Source: Patescibacteria group bacterium (lineage in GTDB: Bacteria; Patescibacteriota; Minisyncoccia; UBA6257; 2-01-FULL-56-20). From it: DNA of 53,581 nt. Shown one piece after another: positions 25,292-31,911 of this stretch; the stretch's first letter is position 1; each line of letters begins with the position of its first letter. The stretch is taken from positions 1 through 53,581 of the forward strand of contig JBBTVY010000004.1 in NCBI GenBank assembly GCA_038063055.1, given 5' to 3'. Under the pieces are notes generated by a model. The model did no database searches. It saw only the letters and a program-made list of their open reading frames with translations, and had not been told where the DNA came from. A program made the position numbers and the translations under genes.

Positions 25292-28078
25292 ATGACATCG
25301 AAACGTTTTTCAAAATTATTAGTTTTTTCCGTTATTTTCTTTTCTGTTTTTATATCGTTCAATGCAGATGTTTCGGCGGATGATTCGAGTTCGACTACGC
25401 CAATCGACACCTCTATGTCGACAACCAGTTCGACTGACTTAACTTCTACGTCTACGATAACCGATGCTACGACTACGGTTCGCGCCGTAACGCTGACTCT
25501 CCGCGACGGCGGTTTTATAATCTGGACCGGCCCGGTTAGCGTGCCGGACTCCGATGTCGCAACGACAACGATTACGGCTACGGACGGCACCGCCGCCGAT
25601 GCGTACGCCGCGAGCGTACTTGCCGCGCTGGTTTCGGCGGACGCGGCCCAGCCGGAATTCTCCATATCGGACCTTCGGTACTACGGCTCATTTGCCTCGT
25701 TTTATCTCAAGTGTATAACGGCAGGCACAGAGCTTTGCGATAACTGGCAGTATGTCGTCAACAACACATACCCATCATCGGGAATGGCTCAGTACATACT
25801 GCGCGACGGGGATGCCGTATATCTTTATTTCGGGTCGCGGCGCCGCGTTCTACTCTCGGCAACAGAAACTGTTCCGACAATTCCTGTCGTCGCGCGCGTC
25901 GAGTCGTATAATTACACCGACGATTCTTGGTCGCCCCTTGTCGGCGAGACGGTCGGCGCGACAATGCCGAACCACGACGATCCGTGGAATCCCATTGTCG
26001 CCACCACAACAACAAGCGGCGCCGATGGCGCGGCGATTCTGACGCTTAACGCGACCGGAACTTACAACGTCGGGCTTGCATCCGATTATTACTTGACAAC
26101 CACGCCGCTGACGGTGCGTTCGCTCGCGCCCGACGAAGTGACCATGCGCGTCAGAAGCGGCGCAGACCTTGCTTATCAAGGGATAGTGACTATTTTCATG
26201 GCCACCACGTCCATCGCCGCAACGGACGGTTCGACGCACGATATCTCCGGCGCGACGCCGCTTGCGGTACTCGCTCTCGCCGATCAGGCATCGAACGCAT
26301 TCGACATTTCAAACCTGCAATATTTTGACTCATTCGGCGCATTCTATGTTAAATGCATCACTCTTTCTGGCCCACTGTGTGACAACTGGCAATATGCCGT
26401 GAACGGCGCGGTTCCCGGTGTCGGAGCGGATGCGTATAATCTTTTGGGAGGCGAAGACGTGTTCTTCTTTTATGGCTACCCGCGGCGAGTTTCTCTTTCG
26501 TCTTCAAGCATAACAATCGACTCGTCCGTGACCGCAACGGCGGAAACCTATGCGCCTTCCAGTAATATATATGTTCCAACGCCCGGACTCACTATTGGCG
26601 TCACGCAGCCAGATCCAGTAAATCCATGGACCCCCATTGAAATCGCTACATCCACTTCGGACGCGAACGGACAGGCGACATTCACCCTTAATGCCACAGG
26701 CACGTACCAGGTAGGCATACGGGAGGATTTCTATTTTCCGTCGACGGATATTGCCGTTACTTATATTTCCCAAACCCCGGTTATATCCGTGGGCGGCGGC
26801 GGTGGAGGAGGCGCCATACATCATGCGATTGACATCGCCAAGGCCGTCCAGTTTCTTTCAGGTCATCAGCTTGATAACGGTTCATTCGGCCCGCTTCTTT
26901 ACACGGATTGGGCGGCCATAGCTCTGGCCGCGAGCGCGAATTCGGGAAGTTCCACGGCAAAAATCGCGGCGTATTTAAAATCGGCTAACGACGGCATGTC
27001 GACGGCAACGGATTACGAAAGGCACGCAATGGCGCTTATGGCTTTGGGAATAAATCCTTATACGGATACGCCGGTAAACTATATCCAAAAAATTGTTGAT
27101 AAATTCGACGGAACCCAAATCGGCGATTTCAACCTGGTAAACGACGACATATTTTCTTTATTTCCGCTTATCAAAGCCGGTTACGCCAGCGACGAACCGA
27201 TTATCCAAAAAATTATTTCGTTTGTTTTGAGTAAACAATTGGACGATGGTTCGTGGGAAGGAAGCATTGACTTGACCGCGGCCGGCATCCAGGCGCTTTC
27301 GCTTAATTCCGGAATCAGCGGCGTTTCCCAAGCTATAATAAGCTCCCGCGCATATCTCGCCGCCCACCAGAGTTCGGACGGGGGATTCGGAACAAGTTTT
27401 TCCACAAGCTGGGCGCTTCAGGCAATCTCCGCGCTCCGCGAATCGGAATCCAATTGGACAAAAAACAATAATACGCCGAATGATTATCTTTTCGCTTTGC
27501 AGGCGGGCGACGGCGGCATAGAGCCGACTTCAACAGATTTGAATTCCCGAATATGGGCGACCTCGTATGCGATTCCGGCAACACTCAATAAATCCTGGGG
27601 AGATTTGCTTCATTCCTTTACGAGGCCTGCCGCGGGAACAACTACGGTTGTTTCCGTTCCGGGTTCTTCCGGAGGAAATTCGCAAAGTCAGACAACCTCA
27701 ACAGTGCCTTCTATTACTAAGGCAACGTCGTCTCCAGAAACAGACGCTTATATTATTGTTTCGACCTCGACGTTGTCCATCACAACGTCAACGGCTTCCG
27801 GCGCAAAAAATGCCGTTCCTCGAAGTACTGCCGTTAAAAACACTCTTTCTTTAACAGAAGTTTCAACCAAGATTTCTTCTCCCGGCGAAGGTTTTTTGGA
27901 TAAATTGTCGGAAAATAATCCAGTTTTAACTCTTGAGCCGTCTCCGCAGCCCCAGAAAACGGGAACATCCGGATTTGCGAACATTGCCGCTTTCGGTCAT
28001 AATTTGCTGAATTTTATGGCGAACATAGGCGGTTTGATTATTTCCAAATTTTTATCTATTATTGGATTAATAAAGTAA
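25292..28078 (+). CDS. 928-aa surface protein: 2 x (DUF4430 + Ig-like) + prenyltransferase-like alpha/alpha toroid + S/T-rich stalk + C-terminal TM anchor
   Basis: It has a signal peptide and two DUF4430 motifs (CDNWQYVVNN..GDAVYLYFG and CDNWQYAVNG..GEDVFFFYG). Four Q..DGxF/W repeats are present (HQLDNGSFG, KQLDDGSWEG, HQSSDGGFG, LQAGDGGIE), and the tail is hydrophobic. Confidence 0.85.
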   Translation: MTSKRFSKLLVFSVIFFSVFISFNADVSADDSSSTTPIDTSMSTTSSTDLTSTSTITDATTTVRAVTLTLRDGGFIIWTGPVSVPDSDVATTTITATDGTAADAYAASVLAALVSADAAQPEFSISDLRYYGSFASFYLKCITAGTELCDNWQYVVNNTYPSSGMAQYILRDGDAVYLYFGSRRRVLLSATETVPTIPVVARVESYNYTDDSWSPLVGETVGATMPNHDDPWNPIVATTTTSGADGAAILTLNATGTYNVGLASDYYLTTTPLTVRSLAPDEVTMRVRSGADLAYQGIVTIFMATTSIAATDGSTHDISGATPLAVLALADQASNAFDISNLQYFDSFGAFYVKCITLSGPLCDNWQYAVNGAVPGVGADAYNLLGGEDVFFFYGYPRRVSLSSSSITIDSSVTATAETYAPSSNIYVPTPGLTIGVTQPDPVNPWTPIEIATSTSDANGQATFTLNATGTYQVGIREDFYFPSTDIAVTYISQTPVISVGGGGGGGAIHHAIDIAKAVQFLSGHQLDNGSFGPLLYTDWAAIALAASANSGSSTAKIAAYLKSANDGMSTATDYERHAMALMALGINPYTDTPVNYIQKIVDKFDGTQIGDFNLVNDDIFSLFPLIKAGYASDEPIIQKIISFVLSKQLDDGSWEGSIDLTAAGIQALSLNSGISGVSQAIISSRAYLAAHQSSDGGFGTSFSTSWALQAISALRESESNWTKNNNTPNDYLFALQAGDGGIEPTSTDLNSRIWATSYAIPATLNKSWGDLLHSFTRPAAGTTTVVSVPGSSGGNSQSQTTSTVPSITKATSSPETDAYIIVSTSTLSITTSTASGAKNAVPRSTAVKNTLSLTEVSTKISSPGEGFLDKLSENNPVLTLEPSPQPQKTGTSGFANIAAFGHNLLNFMANIGGLIISKFLSIIGLIK

Positions 28079-28122
28079 AAATAAATTTTAACTTGTCGGC
28101 TCGCTGTCAAGTGTAAAATAAT

Positions 28123-28674
28123 ATGTCCAGAAAATTTTCCATTTTTGTAGTCGTTTTGCTGATTACCGCTGGAGTTGCCAGCCGTTTCCTTCCGCATGCC
28201 TGGAATATGACTCCGATTACGGCCATAGCTCTCTTTACGTCTGTTTATTTTGGAATTCGATATTCGCTTTTTATAGTTTTGGCGACGATGTTCATCTCCG
28301 ATTTATTCATCGGGTTTTACGACTGGCGGATAATGCTTTCGGTTTACGCCGGATTCGCGGTGGCCGGCATTATCGGCGTTCTTGTCCGCAGGCATAAAAC
28401 GGTTATTAGCGTTGCTTTGGGCGCAATATCTTCTTCCGTGTTTTTCTTCATATTTACGAACTGGGCGGTTTGGCAATTCGGCGTGATGTACGAACATTCC
28501 TTTGCTGGATTGTTGCAATCTTATGCGATGGCTCTGCCGTTCTTCAAGAATATGTTTGTTGGAGACTTGGTTTATTCGGGAATTCTTTTCGGGAGTTACG
28601 AGCTTGCGTTGCTTCTTTCCAAAAAACTTAAATTTCGTTCCTCGTCCAAAAATCTTTCTTTGGAGAAAATATAA
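28123..28674 (+). CDS. small 6-TM protein, ECF S-component / BtuM-like putative corrinoid transporter (DUF6580-like)
   Basis: The 183-aa product has RFLPHAWNMTPITAIALF near the N-terminus and 5-6 hydrophobic helices. It is the last gene of the riboswitch-led operon. The function is inferred from context. Confidence 0.5.
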   Translation: MSRKFSIFVVVLLITAGVASRFLPHAWNMTPITAIALFTSVYFGIRYSLFIVLATMFISDLFIGFYDWRIMLSVYAGFAVAGIIGVLVRRHKTVISVALGAISSSVFFFIFTNWAVWQFGVMYEHSFAGLLQSYAMALPFFKNMFVGDLVYSGILFGSYELALLLSKKLKFRSSSKNLSLEKI

Positions 28675-28745
28675 TTTTGTTATCCCTCGTCGCTTTGCTT
28701 CTTGTTTTTAGGTACCCTCGGTTCGAATCCTGTCTTCCATAGAAA

Positions 28746-28778
28746 ACAAAAAATGCGACACAAGGCCGCACTTTTTGT
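28746..28778. terminator. hairpin, possible bidirectional terminator
   Basis: The arms acaaaaaatgcg and cgcactttttgt form a 12-bp stem with 1 mismatch, flanked by A/T runs. It lies between convergent transcription units. Confidence 0.5.
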
Positions 28779-28887
28779 TTTGCTCCGATGTTCGTTTCAC
28801 TCAATACGGAGCATCGAAATTCTAAAACGCTTTGCGCTAAGAATTTCTGATGCGTAGGGTAGAGGATTTCTGTTTTTCCATCCAGCG

Positions 28888-28974
28888 CGGAGGAGGTGAG
28901 ATTCGAACTCACGATGCCCTTTCAAGCATACCGCATTTCGAGTGCGGCGCCTTCGGCCACTCAGCCACTCCTCC
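28888..28974 (-). tRNA. tRNA-Ser(CGA)
   Basis: Manual cloverleaf: acceptor GGAGGAG/CTCCTCC, anticodon loop CTCGAAA, long variable arm, T-loop TTCGAAT. Confidence 0.9.
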
Positions 28975-29089
28975 GTTAGAAAATCTTAGCGATTCACAAT
29001 AACGAAAAGCTTTAGATTTTCTTTTGCTCCGACCGCGGTCGGGACACTCATTTTTCTAAGCTTATAATTCGCTAAAAAAAAATTGAGTG

Positions 29090-29161
29090 TCCCCCCGGTA
29101 GGAATCGAACCTACATCAGCTCGTTAGGAGTGAGCCATTCTATCCATTGAACTACGAGGGG
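29090..29161 (-). tRNA. tRNA-Arg(CCT)
   Basis: Manual cloverleaf: acceptor CCCCTCG/CGGGGGG, anticodon loop CTCCTAA, T-loop TTCGATT. There is one A-C mismatch in the anticodon stem. Confidence 0.85.
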
Positions 29162-29208
29162 TATGCCAAATCAATCCTGCTATACGCTTTTTCATTGCGA
29201 AAAATTCT

Positions 29209-29424
29209 TTAAGCAATAATCCAATTATTTTCGGAAATTATTTTGCTTGCATTGCGACGATTCAACCACCGTTCGTAATGCAGAGGAGAGATTGTAACAC
29301 CTTTTACATATCTGGAAACCGTAGATTTAGGACGGTTGAGATGTTTGCTGATCTCGGGGATACTAAACCCTCTTCTTCTCAAGCTTCTTATTTGGGAAAT
29401 TATTTTGGTATTCAAGCTCTTCAC
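29209..29424 (-). CDS. small HTH protein (71 aa, GTG start), possible remnant of a homing-endonuclease/resolvase-type gene
   Basis: IRSLRRRGFSIPEISKHLNRPKSTVSRYV is a classic helix-turn-helix. The ORF sits between tRNA-Arg(CCT) and a decayed copy of a tRNA-Arg 5' half. Confidence 0.55.
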   Translation of the reverse strand: MKSLNTKIISQIRSLRRRGFSIPEISKHLNRPKSTVSRYVKGVTISPLHYERWLNRRNASKIISENNWIIA

Positions 29425-29458
29425 GTATATTATTATATCAAATAATATACCCTTTACA

Positions 29459-29494
29459 AGGATAAGATTGCTCTATCCATTGAACTACGAGGGC
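29459..29494 (-). pseudogene. tRNA-Arg 5'-half fragment (acceptor to anticodon CCT, no 3' half)
   Basis: It reads GCCCTCGTAGTTCAATGGATAGAGCAATCTTATCCT. A 22-nt stretch (29472-29493) is identical to 29139-29160 of the intact tRNA-Arg(CCT). Confidence 0.7.
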
Positions 29495-29510
29495 ATCTAT
29501 CGGAAGTTTG

Positions 29511-29581
29511 TGGACCTACGGGGAGTCGAACCCCGACCTGTTCCATGCCATGGAACTGTTCTACCGCTATACTATAGGCCC
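29511..29581 (-). tRNA. tRNA-Ala(GGC)
   Basis: Manual cloverleaf: G3:U70 in the acceptor GGGCCTA/TAGGTCC, anticodon loop ATGGCAT. Confidence 0.85.
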
Positions 29582-29672
29582 TGTTTTTCTTGCAACGCGG
29601 CGTTTTGTAGGATATATTATAATTTATCGCTAAAATTTTTTCAAACTTATTTTGAATTAACCCGCTTTCAAG

Positions 29673-29744
29673 GCCGCGGTAGCTCAGTGGTAGAGCGCTA
29701 CCCTGAAGAGGTAGGCGTCGGGTGTTCGATTCACCCCCGCGGCA
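29673..29744 (+). tRNA. tRNA-Phe(GAA)
   Basis: Manual cloverleaf: GCCGCGG/CCGCGGC, D-arm GCTCAGTGGTAGAGC, anticodon loop CTGAAGA. Confidence 0.92.
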
Positions 29745-29757
29745 CACTTCGCATAAA

Positions 29758-30468
29758 ATGAGTAATCTGCCCAAACATATAGTTCTCATTCCTGACGGAA
29801 ACAGGCGGTGGGCCAAGAAAAAAGGCCTGCCGCCGTTTTTCGGCCACCGCGAGGGAGCTAAGAACACGGAAAAATTGCTCAAGGCCGCGCTGAATTTAGG
29901 AATAGAAAATCTTACCATTTGGGGCTGTTCGGTTGATAATGTTACAAAAAGGACTCCGGCAGAAGTGAAGTTTCTCATGAAAATATTCGAAACCTACTCT
30001 AAAAAGCTCGCCAATAACAGGAAAGAAATTCCTGAAAACGAAGTTAGAGTAAATGTTCTTGGCAGATGGAAAGAACTGTTCCCTGAAGCCACCAAAAAAG
30101 CGATACAATCGGCCATTGATAAAACAAAAAAATATGACAAGCGCCGGCTTACTGTCCTGATGGCTTATAGCGGGACGGACGAAATGACACAAGCGGTAAA
30201 TAAAATTTCGGCGCTGAAATCAAAAAATAAAAAGCTGAAAATCGACGGGAATTTGATAAAAAATAATCTTTGGACTAAAGATTTGCCGCCGGTGGATTTG
30301 GTAATCAGGATGGGCGGCGAACCACACTTGTCAAGCGGCATGATGATGTGGGACATAGCCAACAGCCAGCTTTATTTTACGGAAACCCTTTATCCGGACT
30401 TCTCTGTTGCGGAATTCAAGAAAGCGTTGGAGAATTACGGCAAGACCGAACGGAGAATGGGGAAGTAG
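29758..30468 (+). CDS. uppS: isoprenyl transferase (undecaprenyl-diphosphate synthase)
   Basis: I start it at ATG 29758 (MSNLPKHIVLIPDGNRRWA). RMGGEPHLSSGMMMW is also present. The longer ORF would overlap tRNA-Phe. Confidence 0.92.
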   Translation: MSNLPKHIVLIPDGNRRWAKKKGLPPFFGHREGAKNTEKLLKAALNLGIENLTIWGCSVDNVTKRTPAEVKFLMKIFETYSKKLANNRKEIPENEVRVNVLGRWKELFPEATKKAIQSAIDKTKKYDKRRLTVLMAYSGTDEMTQAVNKISALKSKNKKLKIDGNLIKNNLWTKDLPPVDLVIRMGGEPHLSSGMMMWDIANSQLYFTETLYPDFSVAEFKKALENYGKTERRMGK

Positions 30469-30476
30469 TTTGAGAT

Positions 30477-30562
30477 GGGCCGTTAGTCCGACCGCTGTCG
30501 GACTCCGACTGCGGTCGGAGCTCAGTTGCGGTCGGAGCTCAGTTGCGGTCGGAGTAGAGCGC
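30477..30562 (+). pseudogene. disrupted copy of the tRNA-Ala(TGC) 5' region (acceptor + D-arm) interrupted by ccgac..gtcgg hairpin repeats
   Basis: GGGCCGTTAG ... AGCTCAGTTG (x2, inside a 17-nt tandem repeat) ... GTAGAGCGC matches positions 1-27 of the intact tRNA at 30826. Confidence 0.65.
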
Positions 30563-30564
30563 AA

Positions 30565-30822
30565 ATGAAAAAACAAAGCAATAAAAATGGCAGATATTAC
30601 ACTGGCAGCACAGACGACATGGAAAACAGATTGAAGTGTCATAATTCCGGCTGGGTCGCCGCAACTAAAAATTACCGACCATTTAAGTTGTTAGCTTTTT
30701 TGCCTTGTGCTAATTTAAGTGAAGCTAGGAAATCAGAGTATCGTCTTAAGCAATACAAGAGAAAGGATATATTGGAAAAAGTAGTCGCCGATCTAGAATT
30801 TCCCTGGTTGCATAAAGTTTAG
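30565..30822 (+). CDS. GIY-YIG nuclease-family protein (YhbQ/UPF0213-like), apparently lacking the first GIY strand
   Basis: It has YYTGSTDDMENRLKCHNSG and EARKSEYRLKQ. The stop lies 3 nt before tRNA-Ala(TGC). Confidence 0.7.
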   Translation: MKKQSNKNGRYYTGSTDDMENRLKCHNSGWVAATKNYRPFKLLAFLPCANLSEARKSEYRLKQYKRKDILEKVVADLEFPWLHKV

Positions 30823-30825
30823 AAT

Positions 30826-30898
30826 GGGCCGTTAGCTCAGTTGGTAGAGCGCCTCGTTTGCAACGAGGAGGTCAGCGGTTCAAATCCGCTACGGTCCA
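30826..30898 (+). tRNA. tRNA-Ala(TGC)
   Basis: Manual cloverleaf: GGGCCGT/ACGGTCC with G3:U70, anticodon loop TTTGCAA. Confidence 0.92.
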
Positions 30899-30920
30899 CA
30901 GGCCTGTCTGCGGCAGGCAG

Positions 30921-30956
30921 GGTGGGGTGTCCGAGTGGTTTAAGGAGACGGTCTTG
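30921..30956 (+). pseudogene. tRNA-Ser 5'-half fragment
   Basis: GGTGGGGTGTCCGAGTGGTTTAAGGAGACGGTCTTG parallels the intact tRNA-Ser(TGA) up to anticodon-loop position 35 and then diverges. Confidence 0.65.
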
Positions 30957-31009
30957 TTCCCGATTTGTCTGAGCGGAGCGAAGTTACAAATCGCAATCCC
31001 GCACAGAGC

Positions 31010-31096
31010 GGAGGCGTGCGTGAGTGGTTTAAACGGACGGTCTTGAAAACCGTTATGCCTTAACCGGCATCGAAGGTTCGAATCCTTCCGCCTCCG
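31010..31096 (+). tRNA. tRNA-Ser(TGA)
   Basis: Manual cloverleaf: GGAGGCG/CGCCTCC, anticodon loop CTTGAAA, long variable arm TATGCCTTAACCGGCATC. Confidence 0.9.
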
Positions 31097-31196
31097 CTTT
31101 GTGCGGGAAAAACATCAATGAGAGTTCTCCCGCCGCGGCGGGAAGAATCTCACCCCCACCGCCAGAAAAAAGTTTTATCGGCAGACCCACCAGCAT

Positions 31197-31727
31197 ATGG
31201 CACATATCAATATTGAGATTAAAGCAAGGTGTGATAATCACGAAAAAGTTCGCAACTTTCTTAAATCTAGGAAGGCGGGTTTTAGGGGTATAGACCATCA
31301 AGTAGATACATATTTTAAAGTTGGGGCTGGAAGATTGAAGCTACGAGAGGGTAATATTGAAAATTATTTAATTTTCTATGAGAGAGAAAATAAAGAAGGG
31401 CCAAAACAATCTAAGGTTAATCTCTTCAAAACGCCCCCAAAATCCTCACTAAAGGACATCCTTACTCAGGCTTTGGGAGTTTTGGTAATAGTTGATAAGA
31501 AGAGGGAGATTTATTTTATTGAAAATGTAAAGTTCCATATTGATACAGTCAAAGATCTAGGAACTTTTATGGAAATCGAAGCCATTGATAGTGATGGAAA
31601 TATAGGAAAAGAAAAACTTTTAGAGCAGTGTAATAACTACATAAAATCATTCGATATTTCAGAAAATGACCTTATATCTGTCTCCTATAGCGATTTGCTT
31701 TTACAACAGCCCAACCCACATGCCTAA
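31197..31727 (+). CDS. CYTH-domain protein (class IV adenylate cyclase / triphosphatase-like)
   Basis: It has the N-terminal INIEIKAR (ExExK motif), then GRLKLRE, FHIDTV and FMEIEA strands. Confidence 0.8.
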   Translation: MAHINIEIKARCDNHEKVRNFLKSRKAGFRGIDHQVDTYFKVGAGRLKLREGNIENYLIFYERENKEGPKQSKVNLFKTPPKSSLKDILTQALGVLVIVDKKREIYFIENVKFHIDTVKDLGTFMEIEAIDSDGNIGKEKLLEQCNNYIKSFDISENDLISVSYSDLLLQQPNPHA

Positions 31728-31911
31728 AATTTCAATTTTTTCAGACCCTCAATAAATCCTTATACTGCTTGCGCACGGTGGACACTTAACCCGAGTGTCC
31801 CGCCAGTTAGAGGATCGGTTCGAGAAACATTCCGGCCTGCGGTGGCAGGGCGACCTAAATACATCTACATCAATACCCAAGTTTTCGCAGAGCAGCTATA
31901 ATAAAACACTA

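Noticed and set aside
28711-28739. tRNA-like T-arm ggtaccctcGGTTCGAATCCtgtcttcca after the transporter gene
   Set aside because: Only the GG-TTCGAAT-CC core is present. The stem does not pair beyond 2 bp, and there is no D-arm, anticodon arm or acceptor partner. It is at most a tRNA 3' remnant.
29162-29494. Group I intron (with the HTH ORF) splitting a tRNA-Arg(CCU) after the anticodon, as known for some bacterial tRNA-Arg and tRNA-Ile genes
   Set aside because: The 5' fragment ends exactly after CCT, which was tempting. But no matching 3' exon exists (AA + AAGAT stem + T-arm + CGAGGGC). The downstream tRNA-Arg(CCT) is complete on its own, and its stems do not pair with the fragment.
31728-31911. 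PyrR-type attenuator in the 184-nt leader of pyrB (ggacact-taacccg-agtgtcc hairpin, CCAGTTAGAGGATC)
   Set aside because: The resemblance to the PyrR box (UCCAGAGAGGCU) is weak, and no terminator/antiterminator pair is evident. I noted it only as an unusually long leader.
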